From positions 256,001 through 320,000 of the forward strand of contig CAVQBA010000004.1 of the NCBI GenBank assembly GCA_963710605.1: a stretch of DNA of 64,000 nucleotides. Direction: 5' to 3'. The notes beneath the pieces were generated by a model. It saw only the letters and a program-made list of their open reading frames with translations. It was not told the DNA's origin and did no database searches. This document shows positions 21,989 to 33,832 of this stretch, piece after piece; position 1 is the first letter of the stretch; every line of letters starts with the position of its first letter. Origin of the DNA: an uncultured cyanobacterium. GTDB lineage: Bacteria; Cyanobacteriota; Cyanobacteriia; Cyanobacteriales; Cyanobacteriaceae. The translations under genes and the position numbers were made by a program.

Positions 21989-23068
21989 TTAATTATTAAC
22001 AGTCGATGGTTGAAATTGCTTTTGAATAAAAGGAGAAGTCATAGCGGTAAGAAGCCCACCATAATCGAGATTAAAATTTACTTCACTTCCGACTTTGAGT
22101 CGATCGTTATTACTATCTAAGATAAGATGATCACTACTCGCCCCTAATATTTGCCAATTTTTAATTGGTGTTAAACCAGAGACTAAAACGTCTTGTCTCC
22201 CTAATCCTAGAATAATTCGCCGACGAATACCCCTATCTTCAAACACAGGAATATTACCAAAAGCATCTTGACAAATTTCGCCGTAGGGTAAAGATGGTTT
22301 GTCTTTAGATTCAATTACTTCTGCTACTAATTGAAACGCATGGGTATGTAAACCTGAAATAGATTTTCTATCGAGAGTTTCACGCCCTAAAAGAATTGAT
22401 TCACCTAAACGTAAATTGTTAATCCGATCGATTTTTGTTGTCGATTGAGACCATTCATAATTTGCTGAATTACCGCCAGAAATTATTTCTAGCTTAATCT
22501 TGAATTCTTTTTCGATCGTTCTGGTTAACTTCGATAATTGTTCCATATTGCCACTATCTGGCTTAATACCACCATAACAAGCCAAATTACAACCTATACC
22601 AATAATTTCAATTTGAGGAAAGTCAAGAGCTTGTTTGATAAATTGAGCAAAATTTTCGGGGAGAATTCCTTCACGTAAATCTCCTAATTCTGCCATGATA
22701 ATTATTTGATGAATCTTATTTTGTAAATTAGCATAATAAGAAAGCCTTTTAACCGTCTCGATTTCGGTATTTAAACTGATATCGGCATTAGCAACAATCG
22801 ATTCTGCTTGAGTTGAAGCCGTACGAAGTAAAACAAAACGAGTTTTAATCCCCGCTGTTTTCATTCTTTGGATGTTTTCAATCCGAGAATCAGCAATGAA
22901 CTTTACTCCCCCTAAAATCATCGCCTCCGCAACTAAAGGATTTCCTAAGACTGCTTTAGAAACACCCATAACAGAAATTCCTTTTTCTTGATAAAGTTCG
23001 CACAATATCCGAGCATTATCTTGTATCTGAGAGAGGGTAATTTCTATTCTGGGTAACAAAACTTTCAT
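21989..23068 (-). CDS. PLP-dependent alanine/ornithine racemase-family enzyme
   Basis: GVSKA, ADSR, ELGDLREG, SGGNS, LRLGESILLG, GASSDH. Confidence 0.9.
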   Translation of the reverse strand: MKVLLPRIEITLSQIQDNARILCELYQEKGISVMGVSKAVLGNPLVAEAMILGGVKFIADSRIENIQRMKTAGIKTRFVLLRTASTQAESIVANADISLNTEIETVKRLSYYANLQNKIHQIIIMAELGDLREGILPENFAQFIKQALDFPQIEIIGIGCNLACYGGIKPDSGNMEQLSKLTRTIEKEFKIKLEIISGGNSANYEWSQSTTKIDRINNLRLGESILLGRETLDRKSISGLHTHAFQLVAEVIESKDKPSLPYGEICQDAFGNIPVFEDRGIRRRIILGLGRQDVLVSGLTPIKNWQILGASSDHLILDSNNDRLKVGSEVNFNLDYGGLLTAMTSPFIQKQFQPSTVNN

Positions 23069-24187
23069 CTATACTGCCAAAATAGGAATTTTGACCAGAC
23101 TTTTAGCTTTGATTTTTTGATTAAGTTGAGGAAAATTGTGACATAACATTTTGATGAGTTTGTCACATCCGTAGTTTAAGACATCGGTGGTTGGTAATTG
23201 AAAACGTTGTTCATAATCTTCAATAATTTCTGAGACTTCTTTATTAGTTAGATTTTCGTGGTTTAAAGCGATGGCTACAACTTTAGTTGCTGAAATAGCT
23301 TCAATTAATTTAATTTCACTTTCAATAGTAGGCATCGCTAAAAGAGGAAAATCACAACGGAAGAGTCTTGAAGGAGGATGTTGCAAAATAACACCATCAG
23401 GAAGACTTGCTTTTAAAATACCAATCGAACTCATAAAGGCAGGATGCCCTACAGCACTTTGCCCTTCAACTAAAATTAAATCGGGTTTTTCTTGTTCAAA
23501 AGCTTGAACAATAGCGTTTTCTATTTCACCGATGACAAATTGAGAAACCAAAGCATCAATCGAGACACCATACTTTGCCCCTTGCATTAAACTAGTTTGC
23601 CCTGTAGCTACCAATATAGATTTGACACCTAAACTATTGAGAGTTTGATTCAATTCCACGGCAGTAGTCATTTTGCCACAAGCACAATCAGTACCTAAAA
23701 CGGCAATAACAGGTATATTTACTTCTGAGATTTGACCGGTAAAAACATGAAGGTTTTTTAGTAATGGTGGTTTTCTAATATCTTTGATTGTGATACCACA
23801 CTCTATTGCCATTTTAATAAATTCTCAATCGTCGGAGAAAAATTCATGAAGCCCGTTGACAATATTCATTCCCTCGCTCATGGCTTCTAACACTAATAGT
23901 CTTTCTTCATCAGAAATACGAGCGTCTAACGGTGCTTTTCCATAGATATAACAATCAGGAATCTGAGCAATAGCTATTAAAGCAGTTTGCAAATCTTTGA
24001 AAATTGGAATATTATTTTTATCATCTCCTAACTCTTCTCCTGCATCTTTACCTGCTAAAGAACTATCAATCACACCGAGAATTGTATAAATTTCTGAATG
24101 TCTAATTAAACCTGCGGCGGTTTTTCCATCCATTAAACCAAATTGATTTTCACAATAAATTAAAGCTGTTTTTTTTTTACTAATCAT
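23069..24187 (-). pseudogene. DUF1611 (DgcN-like) protein with one in-frame TGA
   Basis: GKTA.GL, GTDCACGKMTT, ATGQT, VEGQ. The halves are in frame: FFSDD*EFIKM, stop at 23825-23827. Confidence 0.88.
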
Positions 24188-24613
24188 GATTTTAAATAAA
24201 TCTCCTGATAAAAATTGTGAATATATTGTAGAAGCAAGATAAATATCGTTATCGACATATTTTTCTTCTTCATTCTTTTTTTTCTTCCTTATTCTTTGTG
24301 ACTAAAAACTAGTAATCTATTTAATTCCATCTATGTTCTATCGTTTTCTAGTAGGTTTGATAATACAGAAAAATACGATCAAACATTACCGATATTTTTC
24401 GTAGTATTATTATTAACTACATAAAAAGGCAGAGCGAAATTGAAAGATAAAATTTTTATCAATCAATTAATGAAAGTGATAATTAATAATGAATTAATCT
24501 AACAATAAATAATGTATGCAAGCTCGTTTGAAGATTTATTTTTAAGAGTTCGATTATTGAATGTAATCATTTTTCTTAAATTACTGCTCTTTTTTTGATT
24601 ACCTGTATTACTT

Positions 24614-25457
24614 TTAAATATTGCCTGAATTAGAATTAAAAAGGAAAGGAGGACTTAGTGGCTGTTTTCCGTCCATAATCAGTACTTTTGGCATTTGAGA
24701 GCCACCTTTTCTCCAAGCTTGAATGGCTTCTTTTCGTAAAACGAGTTGCCCACCTTCAGCTTTTAGAGTTTCTGCTAATAATCTTTGAGCTTCAGCTTTA
24801 CCTTGCGCTCGGTTAATATCAGCTTGTGCTTCTTGTTCTGCTTCTTGAGCTCTATAAACGGCTTTTTTTGCTCTTTGTTCAGCAATCTGTTTGTCTTCCA
24901 CGGATTTAGCAAATTCAGGGGAAAAATCTAAATCGACTACACTAGTGTCTAAAACTAAAATACCGTATTTTTCTAGCCATCTGACTCAAAGCATCATCAA
25001 AATCTTGTTTGAGTTGATTTCTTTGAGTAATCGCTTCTTCTACTGTTCTTTTCGCCGCCGCAATCTTAAAAGATTCTTGTGTTTGAGGAGCAATAATTTT
25101 ACTAACAATATTGGCTAATGTTCCTTGTTTTCGGCGAATTTCGACGACTGCTAAGGGATCAAGGCGGAAATTAATCGCAAAACTAGCGGATAAGTTTTGT
25201 AAATCTTTAGTTGAACTTTGTGCTGGTACTTCAAACTTTTGGACGGTTAAATCGTAAACGTCGATAGCAGAAACTAAAGGCGGTTTAAAATGAATTCCTT
25301 CTAATAAAACTCCATCTCTTGCTTTACCTAAAATGGTTATTACTCCTGCTTGACCGGGATTTAAGATAGCAAAGCTATTCAATCCAATTATTAATATTAA
25401 TCCGATTAAGACGATCGGTGCTATCAGTTTATTGCTTAAAGAAAATTGTTTGTCCAT
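24614..25457 (-). pseudogene. Prohibitin/SPFH (band 7) protein, frameshift near 24978
   Basis: VPAQSSTKDLQ, then LEKYGILVLDTSVVDLDFSPEF..VEDKQIAEQ in the next frame. Confidence 0.88.
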
Positions 25458-25944
25458 ATTTTTACTTTCCCAAATATTAATCGATAATAAGGAAAGCTTT
25501 ATAAATGTTTATGTGTTAAAAATTACAGTCGGAATCAAAATAGTAAAAATCAAAAGCGAAGTTTTTACTGTGACGAAGATTAAGCTTTTTACTATATCTA
25601 ATATTATGGTTACGATCGCATTCAATCACATGGTAACATCTTTTTGATGATTTTCTGGTGAACAGGAAATAAAAAGACAAATCTATCTTTTGTTGTTTAA
25701 AAAATAGGCTCAGTATTAAGATTAATAAATTTATTTTATATTTCTAGCCTACATAGTATATTTTTAAACTTAAATCTTACTATCTTTAATAATCTCGATC
25801 GTTTTCGGTTACAGATGAGATTAATCGATTATTAACTAACTATTAATTACTCTCAAAAACTCAGTATCTTTAAGTACAATAATTTAATAATTAGCCAAAA
25901 ATAAGTAGAGTTTATCTATTTGTATTTTTGGAGGCTAAATAACC

Positions 25945-26097
25945 TTAAATAATTCCGAATAATAACAAAACTAGTAATACCAAAACAACTGTACCCAAAA
26001 GCCCTGTAGGTAGATATCCCCAGCTTCTACTATAAGGATAGACAGGTACGGAACTGATTAATAAAACGACTAAGACAATAAGTATAATTGTGTACAT
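25945..26097 (-). CDS. DUF3309-family small membrane protein (50 aa, not in ORF track)
   Basis: MYTIILIVLVVLLISSVPVYPYSRSWGYLPTGLLGTVVLVLLVLLLFGII. Confidence 0.8.
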   Translation of the reverse strand: MYTIILIVLVVLLISSVPVYPYSRSWGYLPTGLLGTVVLVLLVLLLFGII

Positions 26098-26278
26098 ATA
26101 AATTTTGTTATTATTTAATTTTATTTCAATATTTTAGAGTTAGTTTTTACATTTGATATCATCCTTAAGATAGAGATATATAGTATTTAATTTGAAAAAT
26201 AAACTGTAAACTTATATTAAGTAAAACTTGATAATTTTTACTAAAACTTAATAATTAATCAGGATGAATTATCCGTTA

Positions 26279-27401
26279 TCAATCATTATTGAGAATCGAA
26301 GTAGTCTGACGTAAATACTCTTCAATCAAATTATCCAAGTCTCCATCTAAAACATCACTAACCGCTGTGGTTTCCACATTAGTTCGTAAATCTTTAACTA
26401 ATTGATAAGGATGAAAAACATAGTTTCTGATTTGATTACCCCATGCCGCATCAACTATATCACCTCTAATTTCGGCAATTTCTTGCGTTCTTTGCTCTTG
26501 TGCAATAATTAGTAATTTAGCTTTAAGTAAGGCGAGTGCTTTTTCTTTATTTTGTAATTGCGATCGTTCTTGAGTGCATCTGACGGCTATACTTGTCGGT
26601 AGATGGGTAATTCTAACAGCAGTTTCGACTTTATTCACATTTTGCCCTCCTTTACCTCCCGCACGAGAAGTAGTGATTTCCAAATCTTTATCCGGAATAT
26701 CAACTTTAACTGCTTCTTCCCCTAAATTAGGCATCACATCGACACCGGCAAAACTAGTTTGTCTTTTGCCGTTAGCGTTATAAGGAGAGATACGTACTAA
26801 TCGATGAGTACCTTTTTCGCCCTTGAGATAACCAAAAGCATATTTACCTTCAATTTCGAGGGTAACGGATTTTATTCCTGCTTCATCCCCTGGTGACATT
26901 TCAGCTAAGGTTATTTGATAATTTTGTTTTTCTGCCCAACGTGTGTACATTCTTAATAATATTTCTGCCCAATCTTGAGCATCTGTGCCTCCTGCACCTG
27001 CATTAATAGTAACTACAGCACCTTTTTTGTCGTAGATACCACTTAACAGTTGCTCTAATTCCCATTTGTCTAAATCTTGGGTAATAATATTGAGATTATC
27101 TTCTGCTTCTATTTGCAACTCTTCATCGGTTTCTAATTCTAATAATTCAATAATTGCCTTGGTATCTTCAACATTTTGTCGCCAGTCTCGATATTGTTGT
27201 AGTGTCGATTTTAAATCATTGAGTTGTTGTAAAGTAGATTGTGCATTCTCTTGTCCATTCTCCCAAAATTCTGGTTGAGCGGCAATTTGTTCTAAATCTG
27301 CTATTTGAGCTTCTATTTGAGGGATGTCAAAGATATTCCTGAGTTTTACTCAGGCGATCGTCGATTATCGTAATTTCTCTTTTTAAGTCTGATAGTTCCA
27401 T
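26279..27401 (-). CDS. prfB: Peptide chain release factor 2 with programmed +1 frameshift
   Basis: ATG 27401, 24 codons to CAGGAA TAT CTT TGA C (TGA 27329-27327). The +1 frame joins the ORF with SPY and GGQ motifs. Confidence 0.96.
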
Positions 27402-27481
27402 ATGCTCGGTAATGATGAATTGAAAATTAAAAGGTACATCTATTTTAAATTGACACTGCGATAATTGACAATTAACTGTCT

Positions 27482-27550
27482 AAAAAAAAGCACAAGAGCC
27501 ACCCCCCCTGATCCACACGGATCAAGAAAAGTGGCTCTCGTATTTATACT
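27482..27550 (-). ncRNA. Candidate small RNA (long G-U-rich hairpin plus U tail)
   Basis: AGAGCCAC-UUUUCU-UGAUCC-GUGU-GGAUCA-GGGGGG-GUGGCUCU then a U8 run; extended -10 TGnTATACT just upstream. Confidence 0.5.
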
Positions 27551-27740
27551 ATATATAGTATAACATAAATAAATAACAAATAACAACAAATTTACCCATG
27601 TTTGCAAATAAATAATAAAAGCAAAAAAAACATAGTTACTTAACTAAAACCTAACTTTATTTCAAAGGATATATTATATTTTATCAGTTAATTTTTGTAT
27701 TTCTTATCGAAAAATCACCTTTGCCCTTTGCCCTTTCGAC

Positions 27741-28577
27741 TTATTTCCAATCAACAGGATTTACGCCATAGTATTTTTGCAATTGTTGATATAAAAGAGG
27801 GTGATAAGTAGCTAACAATTGAGATTTAATAAAAAAAGTTTCTGTAACTACAGCAAAAAACTCCACAGGGTTAGTTGCACCATAACTATTAATAATAGTC
27901 GATCGATTTTGCTTTACCGCCTGAGTAAGTTGAAGATATTCATGAGCAAAAATCTTACCCCAAATTACCGTATCTTCGATCGTTGTTAGGCGAGGCATTC
28001 CTGTCGCAGTACCAAATTCTTGATCTAATTGATGAGCAAACTCATGTAAAATGACGTTTTCAGTTTGATGTTTAGCTAATGCTTCGGAGGCTACTTGCAC
28101 CCAAGATAAAGAAATAACACCATCATGACCTGATTTATTACCAACCGATGATTGCCCTAGTAATAAAGCTGAATTTTGATGACGATGGTTTTTAAGTTCA
28201 ATATGACTAGGATAAACATATATATACTTAAGATAAGGGAAATAGTTACGTTGCCCTAATTTATCACCTAGTAATAAGATACAGGCAGTTGAAGCAATAG
28301 TTAATTTAACTTTAAGAGTAATAACAAAACCATTTTGACCGATAAATTTTTTTTCGGCTAAAAATATTTTAATGTGTTTATGTAATTCGGGTTTATAACT
28401 TTCAGGTAACTGGCGATATAAATAAACTTCTGTCTGAAGTAAAAAAAGCCAATTTTGAGGAAATTTGACTCGTGTTAAGTTAGCTCTTCTTTCATTAATT
28501 ATTGCCTTTCTTAATAAAATAACTATCCAAATGGATAAAAAAACTACAGTCAAAAGCAATAAATCTAGCATCGTCAT
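27741..28577 (-). CDS. M90 (MtfA-like) zinc peptidase
   Basis: NVILHEFAHQLD, YGATNPVEFFAV.TE.FF. Confidence 0.9.
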   Translation of the reverse strand: MTMLDLLLLTVVFLSIWIVILLRKAIINERRANLTRVKFPQNWLFLLQTEVYLYRQLPESYKPELHKHIKIFLAEKKFIGQNGFVITLKVKLTIASTACILLLGDKLGQRNYFPYLKYIYVYPSHIELKNHRHQNSALLLGQSSVGNKSGHDGVISLSWVQVASEALAKHQTENVILHEFAHQLDQEFGTATGMPRLTTIEDTVIWGKIFAHEYLQLTQAVKQNRSTIINSYGATNPVEFFAVVTETFFIKSQLLATYHPLLYQQLQKYYGVNPVDWK

Positions 28578-28739
28578 TTTAGAGCTTTTTCGCTCCTCAA
28601 AATCAAATATTTTTTTGCTTAGGCTAACGCAAATTTTTTTGACTCAGTCGTTTTGTTACAACAATGTAACACCTTTATGAAAGTAAAAAACGAATACTTC
28701 TTACTCTTTACTCTTTACTTCTTACTCCTTACTCATTAC

Positions 28740-29084
<345 letters not shown>

Positions 29085-29111
29085 TTACTTTTTGATTTGG
29101 TTGAGTTATAG

Positions 29112-29224
29112 TTACACCATTATCAAAAAATAATGCTACAGATTGAATCAATCCCCGCTCATTCCCCTTGTCAAGGGGGACTTAATCGATTTATTTGTCG
29201 CGTTTATAAATTGAATTGGTATTA
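29112..29224. repeat. MITE-like repeat family C (TACACCA/TAATACCA ends, CCCCTT..AAGGGG hairpin)
   Basis: A similar 5' half (TAATACCA..CAAAAAATA..GCTACAG..ATCCCC..CTCATCCCC) recurs at 31335-31406. Confidence 0.55.
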
Positions 29225-29268
29225 CAAGTTATCATAACCAAATTAATGAAAAATGAGAACTATCATTC

Positions 29269-29637
29269 TCAATTGTCAATTGTCAATTTTCCTAATAGCC
29301 AGTTAGCGATTGTTGCCCGACGAGTTTGACGAGGACCAAATTCACCTATCTTGTAGCCTTTAAAGCCTAATTTTTCTTTGAGTAATTGTTTATTTTCTTT
29401 CAGAATCGATCGAGTTAATTTAACATTAGGTGGACGATTAGCAATAAAATCGGGAGGAGTAGGATAACTTTGTTTCCAATCATCATCTACTTGCGTATTG
29501 TCCCATTTGTCACCTATTTCGTCGTATCGATAACCCAAATGATACCAAACTAACTGATTAACTGTATCATCATCTAATTTTTCCTCTAAAATTTGCCAAA
29601 TTGTTGTTTCGTTCAATGGTGGTAAACTTGTGGACAT
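29269..29637 (-). CDS. DUF1823-family protein
   Basis: LVW..LGYR, VKLTRSI, LGFKGYKIGE..PR.TRRAT.ANWLL. Confidence 0.85.
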   Translation of the reverse strand: MSTSLPPLNETTIWQILEEKLDDDTVNQLVWYHLGYRYDEIGDKWDNTQVDDDWKQSYPTPPDFIANRPPNVKLTRSILKENKQLLKEKLGFKGYKIGEFGPRQTRRATIANWLLGKLTIDN

Positions 29638-29838
29638 ATATATATTTGAAATTCACGAATAATGAGTAACGAGTAATAGCTTCTTTTTCTGTTTACTTAT
29701 TAAAATAACCCTTCGGTAGCTTTGGTCAAAGAAAACAATAAAAACTCAAACGAGTATATACAAATCAAGACTTTAGTCATTAAATTAATTGTTAACTGTC
29801 AATTGTCAATTGTCAATTATTAAACTGTTTTGTACTAA

Positions 29839-29854
29839 AAGTTACAGATTGTTA
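29839..29854 (+). promoter_or_regulatory. Possible cpeBA promoter direct repeat
   Basis: AAGTTA-CAGA-TTGTTA about 125 bp upstream of cpeB, resembling TTGTTA-N4-TTGTTA or HLR1-type repeats. Confidence 0.35.
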
Positions 29855-29952
29855 ATTAGTTTGATAAAAGAAAAACAAAGTTTACCTTCATGATTTATGT
29901 TTATATACAGAAAACAAGTTCGTTTGAAAGAACTAAAACAAACAAGTTTTAA

Positions 29953-30540
<588 letters not shown>

Positions 30541-30614
30541 GTTACTCATCTTAATTAATTAATCTATTAAGTACGATAAATCTAATTATATTGCCGATTT
30601 TCTTCCGTACATAG

Positions 30615-31170
<556 letters not shown>

Positions 31171-31406
31171 TAATTATTAGCCATTTTAATTGTTTAGTGA
31201 GATATATTTATATAACTCTTAAAAGGTTGATTAATTAAAAATCTAAAAGACTCTCGGCTCTACTGTTTCACCTACTTTTAGGATTAAGCAGAAGAAATGA
31301 GGGTTTTTTACTTTGAAAACTTAATTTAATAAAATAATACCATTTTCAAAAAATACGGCTACAGTTTTATCCCCCACTCATCCCCATCTTCTTCTACTTA
31401 CAAGGG

Positions 31407-31612
31407 CAGGGCTGTTTTATTCACGTTCGCAAAAAATAGCTATCTGCTCACAATAAATAGCTAGAAGCAAAAAATAAATAGCTAGAAGCTATTACTACAT
31501 ACTCGATCGATCGATTTGGGTACATTATATTTTTACTATTAAAAAAAATGGCTAAATTTACTGCTATTTCTTAGTTATAGAAATCAATAAAATAAGACAT
31601 GAAACAGCCTTG
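31407..31612. mobile_element. ISAs1-derived MITE, copy 1
   Basis: Ends CAGGGCTGTTTTATTC and CATGAAACAGCCTTG; interior matches 35060-35221. Confidence 0.8.
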
Positions 31613-31670
31613 CTTTTCTAACGAAGACCTACTAAATGTAGCTGTAGCTGTGATCAATGAAAATAATATA

Positions 31671-31710
31671 ACTTTTAACTTTTAACTTTTAACTTTTAAC
31701 TTTTAACTCT
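31671..31710. repeat. Heptamer tandem repeat (TTTTAAC)n, STRR-like
   Basis: About five direct copies. Other heptamer arrays near 1445, 17103, 28700, 29795 and 32345-32460. Confidence 0.8.
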
Positions 31711-31711
31711 T

Positions 31712-32350
31712 ATGGATGATTTATTTGAAAAACTAAAACACCCCAATCCTAATTTACGCAAAATCGCAATGGGAGAAATTGCTCAAGCTCGTGATGAAAA
31801 CACAATTCCTCGTTTGATGAGTTTACTGGGGGAAGAAGATGTTACTTATCGCAGAGCGGCGGTTAAAACTTTAGGCGTAATCGGGTACGATACTATACCT
31901 TCAATAATTGAAACTTTAAAAACTAGCGATGATGCTGTCGTCAAAGCAAGTTGCGGAAAAGCATTAGCTCAAGTTGCGGTTAATTATCCTAAACAAGAAT
32001 TTCCAGCCGAAGCAATGGCACAATTAAGGGCTAGTATGGATGACCCTAATCCTGTTGTCCATATTGTGGCGGTAATGGCATTAGGGACAATGGGTACACA
32101 AGCACTAGATACTTTATTAGACGGTTTAGAAAATAACGAAAGTCTTTCAGTTGGTGTCTCGATTATTAATGCTTTGGGTTCAATTATCGATCCTAAAGCC
32201 TTAGAAGTACTTAATGATATTAGTAATGATGAGACCAAAGATGCTTATTTACAACAATCAGCTAAAAGTGCGGCTTCTCGTTTAGAACAAATAACTCAAT
32301 TTAAACAAGCTAACGATCGACGTAATTCCAGTGAACAACTAAATAATTGA
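31712..32350 (+). CDS. cpeZ: Phycoerythrin lyase partner CpeZ (HEAT repeats)
   Basis: LKHPNPNLR..YRRAAVK.LG; position after cpeBA. Confidence 0.85.
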   Translation: MDDLFEKLKHPNPNLRKIAMGEIAQARDENTIPRLMSLLGEEDVTYRRAAVKTLGVIGYDTIPSIIETLKTSDDAVVKASCGKALAQVAVNYPKQEFPAEAMAQLRASMDDPNPVVHIVAVMALGTMGTQALDTLLDGLENNESLSVGVSIINALGSIIDPKALEVLNDISNDETKDAYLQQSAKSAASRLEQITQFKQANDRRNSSEQLNN

Positions 32351-32497
32351 CAATTGATAATTGACAATTGACAATTAATTCAATTCTCTTTAATTCTTAC
32401 TTTCCTATTCCCTATTCTCTATTCCTTATTCTCCATTCTCAATTCTCAATTCTCCATTCGAGGAATAACCCAACACCTAATTATCAATTTTTAAATC

Positions 32498-33763
32498 ATG
32501 GACAATCGTTTTAGTAGTTTATTTAATATTACTGAAGAAAGAGCGATCGCATTATTACAAACACCTTTAGAAGAATTAGAAGATCAAAGCGATCGATATG
32601 CCGCCGCCGCTCATTTGGCTTATTTTAAAAGCGCTCGTAGTATAAATGCTTTAATAGATGCGATCGAAAATTGTGATGAGCAACTTTGTAACCGTATTGC
32701 CCGTAGAAAAGCGATCGAAACTTTAGGTAAATTTAAAGCAATTGAAGGTTTAGATGTGATCAGCAATTGTTTAAACGATCCTGATTGTTATACTATAGAA
32801 AACTCAGTATGGTCGATCGGTGAAATCGGTACTCAAGATGAGCAAATATTAGAAACCATTACCAAACTGCTAAAAAAACCAAACCAAAATTATCGAGTAA
32901 TTATTCAAACTTTAGCTAAACTAAATTATCAACCCGCAGTTGATTCGATGCAACCATTCGTTAAAGATACTGATCAATCTATTGCTAGTTCAGCTATTAG
33001 TGCGATCGCTCGTTTAACAGATGATTATAGTCAAGTTGAGCAAATTGTCACTTTACTTGAATCTGATAGTGTTAATGATAGAAGAGCTTGTATTCAAGAT
33101 CTAATGGATTTAAAATATTATCAAGCCATACCACAAATAGCTTCTTGTCCTGTTTCTTTAGTTTTTCGTTTACGAGCAATTCGTCATTTAGCTACGATCG
33201 CAATTGAAAAAGAGGCTAAAACTTTTAGTGAAATTGAGCCTTATTTAGATCAAGTTATTTTAGATCATCCTGATACTCTTGAATTTGTCCATGAATACGA
33301 TCAACTTCCTAATTTAGAATTTTTGCTTAATGAATTATTTCATACCGATTTTGGACGTTGTTATTTAGGTAGTAAAACATTATTAGACAACTATGCCGAT
33401 GTTTTACCTGAAGAATTAATAACTCTTTATGACAAATCGGCTCGTAATGATTATGGGGCTAATTATCATGTGATGAAATTATTTGGATGGTTAGAATATC
33501 AACCAGCTCAAGATTTGTTGATACAAGCATTAAATAATAAGGCTCCTCAATTTCAAAAATCTCGTGGTGCGGCGGCGATCGCTTTAGCTAATCTAAAAAA
33601 TACTGAGGTTGCTGATTTATTGCAAAAGAATCTACAAACAAATATATTCGATCTGCAATATGCTTGTTTATTAGCGTTACAAAAATTAGGTATTGAGGTT
33701 GAGGATGGCAATCTTGAAAATGCCGATCTTTTAATTAAAGCAAAAGCAAGTTCTATCAATTAA
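32498..33763 (+). CDS. cpeY: Phycoerythrobilin lyase CpeY
   Basis: MDNRFS, RIARRKA, TDFGRCY, DYGANYHV, PQFQKSR. Confidence 0.85.
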   Translation: MDNRFSSLFNITEERAIALLQTPLEELEDQSDRYAAAAHLAYFKSARSINALIDAIENCDEQLCNRIARRKAIETLGKFKAIEGLDVISNCLNDPDCYTIENSVWSIGEIGTQDEQILETITKLLKKPNQNYRVIIQTLAKLNYQPAVDSMQPFVKDTDQSIASSAISAIARLTDDYSQVEQIVTLLESDSVNDRRACIQDLMDLKYYQAIPQIASCPVSLVFRLRAIRHLATIAIEKEAKTFSEIEPYLDQVILDHPDTLEFVHEYDQLPNLEFLLNELFHTDFGRCYLGSKTLLDNYADVLPEELITLYDKSARNDYGANYHVMKLFGWLEYQPAQDLLIQALNNKAPQFQKSRGAAAIALANLKNTEVADLLQKNLQTNIFDLQYACLLALQKLGIEVEDGNLENADLLIKAKASSIN

Positions 33764-33832
33764 TAATTAATACAGTAATTATTAGTGTTGTGAATTACAT
33801 ATCGATCCCCCTAAATCCCCCGAGCCCACGGG

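Noticed and set aside
25432..25647. 71-aa ORF
   Set aside because: AT-rich promoter region of the prohibitin gene, TTG start, no motif.
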